Made by a program: the position numbers and the translations under genes. DNA of 64,000 nt from Eledone cirrhosa (Eukaryota): NCBI GenBank assembly GCA_964016885.1, contig OZ024745.1:131812001-131876000 (forward strand). The letters are read 5' to 3'. Below, piece after piece: positions 36,976-49,436 of the stretch (position 1 is the stretch's first letter; every line of letters begins with the position of its first letter). The notes below the pieces were generated by a model. The model searched no databases. It was not told the origin of the DNA and worked only from the letters and a program-made list of their open reading frames with translations.

Positions 36976-37354
36976 ACATGTTGAGCTATATACTACATGT
37001 TGAGCTATATACTACATGTTAAGCTATATACTACATGTTGAGCTATATACACATGTTAAGCTATATACTACTACATGTTGAGCTATATACCACATGATCT
37101 ACACTGTAAATGTGGTTGGTGTTAGGAAGGGCATCCAACTGTAGAAAACCCGCCAGACAGTCCTATGCGAGCAAGACAACCACTCTTGCCTCAAGTGGGA
37201 AAACCCCCGTCCAAACCCATGCAAGCGTGGAACACGGACGCTAAACCTGATGATGATGATGATGATGATGATCTACATACTACATGTTAAGCTATATACT
37301 ACTACATATTGAGCTATATACCACATGTTAAGCTATATACTACATGTTAAGCTA
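36976..37354. repeat. ~19-bp minisatellite interrupted by a SINE
   Basis: unit ACATGTT(G/A)AGCTATATACT on both sides of the insertion. Confidence 0.9.
37100..37272 (+). mobile_element. young 5'-truncated RTE-tailed SINE
   Basis: candidate TSD ATGATCTACA at 37094-37103 and 37268-37277; matches 47430-47597 in reverse. Confidence 0.9.
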
Positions 37355-37554
37355 CATTAGTTGTCTTCTATATTTTTACTTTAGTTTTGGTTTTATTTCC
37401 AAATATGGAATTGTAAAATATAAAAAAAACCCCAAAAAACGAAAAAGAAAAAAAAAACAAATTAATACAACAAATGAAACAAAACTAAATAAAAACAGAT
37501 TTTAGTGATTCCTGGTTAATCTTTTATCTATGTTAATATTTCTTATCCTGTCTC

Positions 37555-37865
37555 CTCCACCACTGACCTCTTCAAACTACCTCCACCACTTCAAACTACC
37601 TCCCACCCCCTTCAAATTACTCCACTCCCACTACCCCTCATTCACATTACCCCTCCCCACCACCACTACCCTCTTCAAACTACCTCCACCACTACCTCAC
37701 CCACTGACCACTTCCTCTTCAAAGTACCTCACCACTGACCTCCCCCTCTTCAAACTACTTCATACCCCCACCCCCACTACCTCACCCCCTTCAAACTACT
37801 CCACCCCCACTACCCCCTTTAAACTACTCCACCCCACCCCACTACCCCCTTTAAACTACCTCCAA
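37555..37865. repeat. degenerate C-rich minisatellite
   Basis: recurring CCCCTTCAAACTACTCCACC. Confidence 0.8.
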
Positions 37866-38680
37866 CATAATCAATATTTCATATCAAATGTCACTCTATA
37901 TTAAACTGTTCATTCCAACACCAGTTCCAGTACTGTTCTATTCTATTTCCCTGCCACTCTATCAAATCCAGTCTACTATGATGGCTTTTTTTTCCTACTT
38001 AAAATTATTTCTTTCATATATTTGTTCAAAGTAAAAGAAGAGAGTCTGGAGAAGTGAATCAAATAAAAATTGTATCAAAACTAAAAACAAACAAAACACT
38101 ATTCTTTTTATTATTCTTCTATTAATTTATTTGTTTTTTTTTCTTCAAATTAATTACTTCATTTCTCCAATAAGTTGATTAACCCAAGTGAAGATTATTG
38201 TTAATAGCTACACAGATTAAGTTGGCCCTAGGTTGGGGAGAATCTGTTTTTGTTTGTCTTTTGTTGTATGTTACCTTAGTATAACCAGTCATGGTCCATT
38301 GACCACAGTGGTCACAAACCCAGAGTCATGGTCGATTCACCACACTGCTCATATAAATGAAAATTACAGTAATGATCCAAAAAAAGGGCTGGGAACATCA
38401 AAACCAGTGATAGTGTCCACAGAATGTCCTGTCAATTTATATCCACAGAAATATGTCACTTTTGTTCTTTCTATTCTCTTTTACTTTAGTTAACCCCCTC
38501 CTTTCCTTCTGTCCCCCTAGAGTCCTTGCCTTTCCCTCCTGGTATTTATAGTCCTTTCCTCTACAGCCAGCTCTGTCCTTCTTTACCCCTTCCTCCTTTT
38601 CTCATTAGTTAATTTTGTTTTTATCTTTCATTTTTCCATGTTAATATAATCATCAATGGTTTTTAAGCCAACTTTGTGAA

Positions 38681-39147
38681 TCTATGGTAAAAGGAGGAGT
38701 CAAGGACTGTGTCTGTGTTATATTTGTTATCTCGTTAGTAAAATAAATTGGATTACTTTGAATAAATAATGAATGAATATTATGTAATTTATCTACTAAA
38801 TTTTGTAGCACTTCATTAAACATAAATATTCTTATATATAAAGTATTGCTTATTTTAACATTCACTTCTTTAAAATTTTCAAATACATCCGGTTAGCATC
38901 TGTTATATCATAACACTCATCATATATTTGTATCGTTATATAAGGTTTATATTTCTGTCGCTAATTTTCTCCTTTTTCATAACATTTTAGTTTATCATAT
39001 ATACAGTTTATATATAGTATTGTCTTTTGTTAATGTATCATGGATTACTTTACTGATTACAGAAGAGAGTGTAACACAGACTTTGTTCAATTTCTGTGCA
39101 TATTGTCAATTATGATTTTATTTGACGAAGGACGGTTTTTCTGCTAG
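38681..39147 (+). mobile_element. non-autonomous Helitron
   Basis: A|TCTATGG...GGTTTTTCTGCTAG|T; internal homology to 49495-49560 and 51705-51895. Confidence 0.65.
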
Positions 39148-39309
39148 TATTTATAATGTTATTTATACCTATACATCATCATCATCGCTATTTAATGTCT
39201 GTTTTACCCTATTGGCACACATTGAGTGAAAGAGAGATATGTCCTCAAACTTGTCAGTTAATGAGGGCACAGGAGATTTCTTTCGGACATTCTGAATATT
39301 ATTGAAACT

Positions 39310-39445
39310 AATAATAATAATAATAATTGTTTCTACGTTAGGCACAAGGCCAGCAATTACCCAGTGCATTACTGGTACTTTATTTTATCGACCCCGTAAG
39401 GATGAAAGGGAAAGTTAACCTCGGCGGGATTTGAACTCAGAACTG
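39310..39445 (-). mobile_element. Meta-domain-type SINE (truncated)
   Basis: family motifs. Confidence 0.85.
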
Positions 39446-40069
39446 AGATAAGCAGCGGCCTGATGAACCTGCTCGTTTAAGACACTGTTCAATCAGCCCT
39501 GATATAATAGACCTATTAACAACAAATAAAACATAACCTTTAACATTAGAGGGGTTTATCTGACTTCCCAACAATTTCAAATGAATTTAACAAATATAAT
39601 AGTGGAATCTTCCCCTCTCCATACAACAGGCATTTGGAAAATATCCAAATTTATATGTTTAGAATAACCACCACCACTTCCCCCATCATCATCATGAGAA
39701 TAAGAAGGAAAAGAAATATAGCCCACAAATGATTTAATTTCAGAACCTATTCTGCTGGCATTATGTTAGTAATATAAACATATATATCCTCAAGTGAATG
39801 AACTTTGAAAGCAATTTGTATTTAATATAAATATAAGATAAAATTATATATATAAAGAAGCAAAGAATTATTTTACAAAATGTTATCTAGGCAATGAATA
39901 GTTTGAGATTTTAAAATGTATTTTACTATTAATATTTTGATATCAATATATTACTGTTTGATATAAATAGATTTTTTTTGGTTTGTTTCATATAATGGAG
40001 ATTGCCAAACACAATTTTGTGTACTTGATATTCAACATTATGATTCTTCTTATTGTCGTATGATATATA

Positions 40070-40235
40070 CACAGTAGCTGGAGAGGTAGGTCGAGACTGG
40101 TAAGTCAGACCAAGGTATCATTTGCAGCATTATGGATAACCTCCAGGCCTCCAGGAACAGGCAATCCCAAACAACATGCAGTACTGTCTGGTCAGGGTTC
40201 CCACAGTCACATGCTGGACTGTCCTTGCACGTGAG
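40070..40235 (-). mobile_element. Vingi/Ingi-like LINE 3' end
   Basis: KDSPACDCGNPDQTVLHVVWDC. Confidence 0.65.
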
Positions 40236-40796
40236 GTGTTCTGGGAAGGTCAAAGCTGGTTTAGATGTGGGGTCCTGTACTAGGCCATGGTTGGCCGACT
40301 TTATAATGACTTACAGGTGGACGACACAACAAAATTTAAAGGTGCCAGTGAAAGGATCAATTTCAACATATTACAGTGTACATGAAATAGACAGTGGAAT
40401 ATTGTAGCTATTGATAACTATTAAACTACTTTTTTGCTAGTATTTAGTCAGGGATGGACAGTGCACATGATGCTTTTCAGGGCCCCTAATATAGGTGAAA
40501 GGGAATAAAGAAGATATCCTCAAACCGGAGACCTTGTCTGCAACAGAGTGGACTCTCTTAAACACCCCATAGGGCTAGGTGGTGGTGTCAAGTCTGACAC
40601 CCATGTAGGCCATGCCAGAGTTAGAACTAATACTGCGAGGTATCCTGTCTGATGTTCTAGGAATTCCACCAATCTACCACCCTGAAAAGATGGGAGGCAG
40701 TGTTGATCTTAGCAGGATTTGAACTCAGTTCAGAGAGAACTAGATGAAATACTGACTTGACATTCTAATAACTCTGTCAATTTGTGTGCTACTGCA

Positions 40797-40980
40797 TCTA
40801 TCTGTCTAGAGCAGGTAAAATTCCCAAGATCCATGGACGAGTTCTCTCCAGCAGTCTCTGTCCCTCATTATCACTGCCATGTCCTTTCTCCAAGAGACCA
40901 GTGTCTGCCCTTAGGGCATCAACATATGTTAAGCTCGGTCTTCCTCTTCCAGTGTGTCCATGCATATAAATCCTTATTTG
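40797..40980 (-). mobile_element. decayed 3' end of the LINE family at 56540
   Basis: [25 protein letters not shown]; TAGA-type tail. Confidence 0.8.
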
Positions 40981-41309
40981 AAGAGAGACTATATAGATGT
41001 TGAGGGTCACAGAATATGACCTCCCAGTTATAATCATTTCACTCTAACTAAAACTGCTAAAGCAAAGTTTTTGAGAATCTTACAACTTTGACATCTACCA
41101 GCATTAAAGTCAATGAAGGTAACTCTACATGGTTGCTTGACCTGCTAGAAATAGCAATGAAATCTCCTTCAAATTTCAGTCAACCATCATAAAACAAAGG
41201 ACACATGAGACAATGTAGTTCCTGATATACGGCAACAGCAGCAGCAGTAACAACAGTAGTAGCAGCAGCAGTAACAAAAACAACATTCTGAATATCATTG
41301 AAACTAGTA

Positions 41310-41500
41310 ATAATAATAATAATGTTTCTACTTTTGGCGCAAGGTCAGCAGTTATCCCAGTGTATTACTGGTACTTTATTTTATCGATCCCGTAAGGATG
41401 AAAGGCAAAGTTAACCTCGACGGGATTTGAACTCAGACTATAAAGGGCCGTAACTCTTTGCTGCAAAGCATGGTGTCCGACCCTCTACCGATACTCCAAA
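41310..41500 (-). mobile_element. Meta-domain-type SINE
   Basis: family motifs. Confidence 0.85.
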
Positions 41501-41669
41501 AGATTAATGGCAGCAAATTGCCAGAATTGTTAAAATGCTGGATAAAATGCCTTGTGGTATTTCATCTAGTTCTTTCTGTTCTGACTTCAAATACTGTTGC
41601 CACTTACTGAATTCTTTAGTATTTCCATTACTCTATATTTACTATGGTATTTTCATGGTTATTGCTTTA

Positions 41670-41836
41670 TTTCACATAATTACCTGACATGATATTCAAT
41701 CTATGAGATGTTGATGTTATTTATTTTGAGAACAATACTTTAACATCGGTATGAGTGACCAGTTACAGACAGTTCAAATAGAAAGAAGTGAGAGAATTCC
41801 GGCCGGATACGGCCAGTTTAAATGCTAAAGGGTTAA
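41670..41836 (-). mobile_element. partial piggyBac-type MITE (family of 57545-57763)
   Basis: ends TAAATGCTAAAGGG|TTAA; internal homology to 57545-57700. Confidence 0.7.
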
Positions 41837-42972
41837 ATGGTAGGCTTAATCCAGCACCCATCTTAACACCACCACCTAGGTTTTGAATACATTTTATGGA
41901 TGCCACTTGTTGCAAACATTGAGATCAGGTTTCCAGTTTGAGGATACCTTTATCCACCCTCTTATTATTCTCAGTGGCTCCTCAAAGAATCAAGGGCACT
42001 GCCTTTCCTTTTCCAGACAACATTGGCTCAGTTTGAACAATGAATGGCCATAGACTAAGATACAATAAAACAACAAGCTCTGTATTCTACTGCCTCTGCA
42101 ACTAACATTGAATGTACTTCTGATATTGAGAATGTAAAAGTTGAAGAGTTTATAATGCAGACACTCACAGAAGGAAACTAAAATGACGGGAGGAGTTACA
42201 TTGATTCTCACAGAGTACATTAAAAGCAAGCAGACGCACATACAAGATAGAGAACAATAGTTGAAACACCTGCTGTATGAGGATAAAAGTGGCATAAATC
42301 CTGCTTGTATTAATAGCTCAATATATTCCATAGTGTTTAAAAGCTTCACCTATAACTCTATCACTTTCTCTCTTCCATACTTTAACTAACTGGAAGTAAA
42401 TTTGAACAGACATGGTATGTTGGCAAGGTTGTAAACAGCTTGAGGTGGTGACGAAGACAAGCAAAGAATCAGGCACAAGTTAAAGGAATAATGTCTCGTG
42501 GAAAAAGAATGGTGATTCAAATAAAATAATAACCCTTTCAAATACTGAGAGATTTTGAAGAAAGTTTCTTTACACGTAAGAGCTGCAACTAAAGAGATGT
42601 TAACTGGTATATATCACTAATGATGCTGAAGAACTGCAGGAGTTAACAAATATTACCTTCATTACCATTATAACCATTATGTTAACTTACTTAGTAACTA
42701 TTAAATAAGGAAAAACAAAGTACTGAAACATCAAAAGGTCACCTCTCTCTCTCTCAAACACACACACACACACACACACATACATACACACAAATAATGA
42801 ATTTTACTGAAGAACCATATTTACAAAGATAAATTACTTTATATACACATAATTGTATATTAAATAAATGTAACCTATACTTGCAATATTTGTATGCTGT
42901 ATACATATACACTGGCTATATGTATATATAACATACAAACACTGCATGTATACACTACATCTATACACTGGC

Positions 42973-43006
<34 letters not shown>

Positions 43007-43037
43007 ACATACAAACACTGCATGTATAAACTACATT

Positions 43038-43515
43038 AATTGTTTCTACTTTTGGCACAAGGCCAGCAATTATCCCAGTGTATTACTGGTACTTTATTTT
43101 ATCGACCCCGTAAGGATGAAAGGCAAAGTTAACCTCGGCGAGATTTGAACTCAGACCATAAAGGGACGTAACTGTGCTGCAAAGCATGGCGTCCGACCCT
43201 CTACCGATACTGCCAATCCACATGAGTCATAGGACTCTCTATATACTTAAAACTGTCTAAGGTGTAACACCCGTACAAAATTACAAATATGACATACCCT
43301 TTAAATATTGGTTTCTGATTTAGGCACAAGGGCAACAATTTGGGGGAAGGAGAAAGTCGATTAACTGACCCCAGTGAACTACTGGTACTTTATTTCATCG
43401 ACCCTGTAAGGATGAAAGGCAAAGTTAATCTTGGCAGGATCTGAACTCAGATTGTAAATGGCCGTAACTCTATGCCATAAAGCGTGTTGTTCGATGTTCC
43501 ACCGATACTGCCAAA
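43038..43515 (-). mobile_element. two Meta-domain-type SINEs (43038-43220 and 43310-43515)
   Basis: family motifs. Confidence 0.85.
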
Positions 43516-43993
43516 AAATATTACAGATAATCACTTGTACTGGCAGAGCTGTTAGTGTGTCAGAGAGAATGATTTGAAGTATTATTGTTGGCTCTCTGTA
43601 TAAATTAAGTCAAGGTAAGTTTTGTCCTAATAAAGTTCCTGTCTGGAGTATTGGACTGGTGGAATTGTTGGAGCATCAGAGAAAATGCCTTGCAGCATTT
43701 CTTTTGGATCTTTACATTCTGAGACCGAGTTCCACATAGGTTCCAACCATGGAAAAACCCGTCGTATCTGCATATGGCCAGCAGGAATAGTTTATCCTAA
43801 AACAACTAACTTAGTTGTTGAGGCTGCATCCAGCAGCAGATCAAAACATGAACTGGTTGGTGATAGGAAGGGTAACCAATCATAGAAAACTTGCCAAACA
43901 AAGAGTTGAGAGGACTCTTTAGTTGTGTCAAAGACAAGACAATGCTCTTAGTGCTGGTAATATGATAAACTGTATCTGAGGTATGCTGTAGAG

Positions 43994-45100
43994 CAGGGCT
44001 TGCCAACCTTTTGTGCAACATGCCCCACCTCAACATCTCAAACATTGTTATTCCCCCCTCCCTTTTGATATGGAAACAGTGATGATCAACTGCAAAGTGT
44101 AAACAAATTGGTGTATAGGTGGTGTTAGATACACAATATCATATAGAGAAGGTCAGACAGGAGTTTCTGACAGTGATATGTACCATATAGGTGGTGCCAG
44201 ATACACAATAACATGTGGAGGAGGTGAGACAGGAGTTTCTGACAGTAATGTGTACCATATAGGTGATGCCAAATACACAATAAAATGTGGTGGAGGTCAG
44301 GCAGGAGTTTCTGACAGTAATGTGTACCATATAGGTGGTGCCAGATACACAATAACATGTGGAAGAGGTGAGACAGGAGTTTCTGACAGTAATGTGTACC
44401 ATATAGGTGGTGCCAGATACACAATAACATGTGGAAGAGGTGAGACAGGAGTTTCTGACAGTAATGTGTACCATATAGGTGGTGCCAGATACACAATAAC
44501 ATGTGGAAGAGGTGAGACAGGAGTTTCTGACAGTAATGTGTACCATATAGGTGGTGCCAGATACACAATAACATGTGGAAGAGGTGAGACAGGAGTTTCT
44601 GACAGTAATGTGTACCATATAGGTGATGCCAGATACACAATAACATGTGGAGGAGGTGAGGCAGGAGTTTCTGACAGTAATGTGTACCATATAGGTGGTG
44701 CCAGATACACAATAACATGTGGAAGAGGTGAGACAAGAGTTTCTGACAGTAATGTGTACCATATAGGTGGTGCCAGATATACAATAACATGTGGAGGTGG
44801 TGAGACAGGAGTTTCTGACAGTAATGTGTACCATATAGGTGGTGCCAGATATATAATAACATGTGGAGGTGGTGAGACAGGAGTTTCTGACAGTAATGTC
44901 TACCATATAGGTGGTGCCAGATACACAATAACATGTGGAGGAGGTGAGACAGGAGTTTCTGACAGTACCAAACTTGCTTTGGTTTAAAAGTAATATGGTA
45001 AGCCTGAAATTTCTTCTCATTAACATAATTTTCAAATTGCCTCCCTTAAATTTTTAAATTGCTCCCCTGTGGGGCATGCTCCCTATGTTGAGAAGCACTG
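43994..45100. mobile_element. hAT (Charlie-like) MITE enclosing a 72-bp array
   Basis: TIRs CAGGGCTTGCCAACC / TGTTGAGAAGCACTG; 8-bp TSD CTGTAGAG / CTACAGAG. Confidence 0.6.
44115..44967. repeat. 72-bp tandem array (~11.8 copies)
   Basis: unit CAGGAGTTTCTGACAGTAATGTGTACCATATAGGTGGTGCCAGATACACAATAACATGTGGAAGAGGTGAGA. Confidence 0.97.
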
Positions 45101-45535
45101 CTACAGAGTGCAGGAATGTATGCAGGTGAGATGCAACCCCCAGCCTGTCTACGAAGTCAGTAGCTGTGAGTGTGAGCTGATGTTGTCTGTGATTTTCTAT
45201 CTTGCTAGCAAGGGGAACAGACATGGGATGATGATGATATATATGAAGGGGGTACATTAGTTTGATATAAAGTGAGAAAATGTCTAATGTTTCATATAAG
45301 CGAGTCCACTATTGAAGGATTTTGCTTCAAATATAAAGTAGATCTCCTTACACTAACACAAGTCCACTCTTTTTAAAAAAATTGTTTTTATTGCTTCATA
45401 CTAATAATTACTGTTTATCAAGCATCTCATTACAAGCTACAATAATCCAGTTCTCTGACTTTCACCTCAAGTCTTTAAACTTCACTTGTCAACAAGGACA
45501 TTTTGGCAACAACAAAAAAAAAAGAAATACCTTAC

Positions 45536-45540
45536 CTTCA
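45536..45540 (-). other. candidate 5-nt microexon, or first-exon donor (ATG GTA GTG AAG|gt)
   Basis: ~100-nt AG-free U-rich tract, then ggtag|TGAAG|gtaagg. Confidence 0.2.
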
Positions 45541-46020
45541 CTACCATCAAAAATAGAAAAAAAACAATAAAAAAAAACCAATTGCAAAAAAAAAAAAAAC
45601 ATTGAAATAATTTTATAAGAATATTTTGAAAATATCTTTGACAAGTAATTGAAACTACCAAATTAACTGAGAAATGGATATGAAGAAGAAGACAAGAAAA
45701 AAGATTATTAAATGTGCACATCCCTAGGCAAAAAACAAGTAGAAACATCTAGTAAATTGATAGTATCATGCTTGTTCTGAATTCTCTAAGTATGTGTAAT
45801 GGTTCTAGATGGTACTACAGTATTTGTGGAGACAACACTGTAATATTGCTAGAAAATGTTTCTGTACTACATTAACAATAGTGATAATTTATTCTGAAGA
45901 CACTGATTGAATAAACAGACACATTTAGATATATGGTAGATAAAGATATACAGTGGACAGATTTATAGACTTATAGGATATGTATAGATACATATATACA
46001 TTTGTTAATTCATATATATG

Positions 46021-46061
<41 letters not shown>

Positions 46062-46084
46062 CATCAATATTTAACAGCTGCTGT

Positions 46085-46210
46085 CCCTGCTGAAGCTCAC
46101 AGAGGAGATAACGAAGGACCATGACGATGGAGGGATACTGTGCTGAAAAGGACTCATCCCACCCTTGCAAGCAAGGGAAAGCTGACGTAAAATGATGAAT
46201 GATGATGATG
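46085..46210 (+). mobile_element. RTE LINE tail fragment
   Basis: matches 7345-7478. Confidence 0.8.
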
Positions 46211-46235
46211 CATGTATATATATATATATATATAT

Positions 46236-46452
46236 AAAATAAAATAATTAAGTCAAATATTTAAAATTTGGCTTCGTTTATTAAAGGTGTACTGCTAAAT
46301 ATATTTCAGTGACAGCCATCCCTGGCTGTGACCTCTTCAGGCAGTCCGAATTGGTGTGGTAGAGACAGGTACACATGTTGTTGAGATGTTTAACTCCGTC
46401 AATACTCCGATATGCCCAGTTCCTGGTTGGGTTATTATTTCTCTGAGGAACT
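46236..46452 (-). mobile_element. short Penelope-like element in (TA)n (family of 32592-32871)
   Basis: homologous to 32660-32871; flanked by TA tracts. Confidence 0.75.
46291..46345 (-). ncRNA. minimal type I hammerhead ribozyme motif
   Basis: Minus strand: ACTGC-CTGAAGA-GGTCACAGCCA-GGGA-TGGCTGTCACT-GAAA-TATATT-TA-GCAGT. Confidence 0.75.
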
Positions 46453-47133
<681 letters not shown>

Positions 47134-47134
47134 C

Positions 47135-47408
47135 GTTTCTGAATTTGTTTAGCAAGATTCTTTATCTGAAATCGTGTGTTGAAACCGATATTGTTATACT
47201 TTGGGAGGGTCATGTTGCCAATAAGAAACACACGCACCAGTTGCTTTCACTTCAATTTAATTTATTATATATTTATAAATTTACAAATTTATAAATTTCT
47301 GGTTGGTTGGTTGGTTCCACAACCAGGTAGTTGTTTATATATATATAGTCATAGTTCTTTCGTCACACACTCTGTGACCTCTTCAGTGACTGGGGATTTC
47401 TTTCTTCG
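47135..47408 (-). mobile_element. short Penelope-like element (family shared with 61730-61900)
   Basis: GTTATACTTTG..AGGGTCATG.TGCCAATAA shared with 61731; carries a hammerhead-like motif. Confidence 0.6.
47347..47391 (-). ncRNA. type I hammerhead-like motif with one extra core nucleotide
   Basis: Minus strand: AGTCA-CTGAAGA-G-GTCACA-GAGTG-TGTGAC-GAAA-GAAC-TA-TGACT. Confidence 0.6.
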
Positions 47409-47429
47409 TATATATATATATATATACAT

Positions 47430-47767
47430 ATCATCATCATCATCATCATCAGGTTTAGCGTCCGTGTTCCACGCTTGCATGGGTTTGGACGGGGGTTTTC
47501 CCACTTGAGGCAAGAGTGGTTGTCTTGCTCGCATAGGACTGTCTGGCGGGTTTTCTACAGTTGGATGCCCTTCCTAACACCAACCACATTTACAGTGTGC
47601 GGCTGGGAGGTTTTTACCGTGTTGCCTACACGGCCACATTACAGCGTGGACTGTCTGGCGGGTTTTCTACAGCTGGATGCCCTTCCTAACACCAACCACA
47701 TTTACAGTGTGGGGCTGGGAGGTTTTTACCGTGTTGCCTACACGGCCACATTTACAGCGTGGACTGT
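47430..47767 (-). mobile_element. young RTE-tailed SINE with an internal ~113-bp tandem duplication
   Basis: GGACTGT at 47536, 47649 and 47761; tail matches 37100-37272. Confidence 0.9.
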
Positions 47768-47829
47768 GTATATATATATACATATATATATATATACATA
47801 TACATATATATACATATACATATATATAC

Positions 47830-47882
<53 letters not shown>

Positions 47883-47889
47883 CATATAC

Positions 47890-47967
<78 letters not shown>

Positions 47968-48045
47968 ACATATACATATATATACATATACATATATATA
48001 CATATACATATATATACATATATATATATATACATATACATATAC

Positions 48046-48092
<47 letters not shown>

Positions 48093-48093
48093 C

Positions 48094-48136
<43 letters not shown>

Positions 48137-48141
48137 TATAC

Positions 48142-48174
<33 letters not shown>

Positions 48175-48212
48175 CATATATATACATATACATATATATA
48201 TATATATATACA
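47768..48212. repeat. (TA)n/(TACATA)n microsatellite
   Basis: direct reading. Confidence 0.97.
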
Positions 48213-48771
48213 TGTAGGAGGTGAGTTTTATTGTAGTACAATAAAGCAATGCAGATATCAGATAAGAAGCACTCTACAGTTTGTAGGACTGGAGTATGCA
48301 TAATATAAGATCAAAAGATGGTTAAAGGAGTTCCATGTATTTTATTATGCGCATTTCAAAAACAAACATCATCATGCAATAATATTTGTGTTTTCATCAG
48401 ATAAAACAGGAGAACATGATATGAAGGCTAAAAAACACTTGTGGATAGTGCAGTTTTAAATCAACATATGAAAAGTGGTTTTAGATTGATGTGTGATATT
48501 GGGAAAAAATATTTTATTTAGAGAGGGGGGGGGGGGTTGGAAAGGATGAAAAGGGAAGGAGATGAGAGGGAGAGATGGGTGATAGAGAGAAAGAGATAGT
48601 TTTTATAACTGAGAGGAGATATATTTTTTACATAGAGAGGTTGAAAACCGTTGGATGATACTGTATAAATTAAAAATTTTGAAAATTAACGAAGGGAGGA
48701 TATGTGCGAGGAAAAAATATTTTATTTAGGGAGGGGGGGATGAAAATATATACATATATATATATATATAG

Positions 48772-48945
48772 AGGGGAGCAAGTTGATTAAATCAACCCCA
48801 GTGCATTACTGGTACTTTATTTTATCGACTCTGTAAGGATGAAAGGCAAAGCTAACCTCGGCAGGATGTGAACCCAGAGCGTAAAGGGACGTAACTCTAT
48901 GCTACGAATCATGGTGTTCAACGCTCTACCGATATTACCAATCCA
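48772..48945 (-). mobile_element. Meta-domain-type SINE
   Basis: family motifs. Confidence 0.8.
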
Positions 48946-49436
48946 TTCTAATTATCACTACCTCAAGGTCTTTATATTTGAGTAGTTTCTCCTTTTCTTT
49001 TAGAGATACATTTTCAACAGTTGGGATTAATATTTTCATTAAAAAGCACTTTATTTCCTGATGGGCCTTAATAACAATATTTGGTTGATTTTCCAGAGTA
49101 TGGTTGCTTTGTCATTCACTAAGATCTATTATGGGGCATGTTTATACCACACCCCTTCTGTTGTTTAGCTGTTAATCAGCCTTTATCAAGAACACTTATG
49201 ATAAAAACAATTCCAACTGTATCTATGCCAGCTTCCATACAGAATGTATCTAAAATCACATTATGTCCTTCCACATTATAAGATGGAAGGATTTGAGGAA
49301 GGTTTACCTGCTACTTCTAACAGGTACTAATGTCTCTGTTTTCTACAGATGTTTCATATTGAGATATAACTGTATGAAAGCCTCAGCTCTGATATCTAGA
49401 GAGATATCTTGTGTAAGACTGAGAAGCCAGAGAAAA

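Noticed and set aside
41990-42349. 119-aa minus-strand ORF
   Set aside because: No recognisable domain, non-ATG start, weak splice signals
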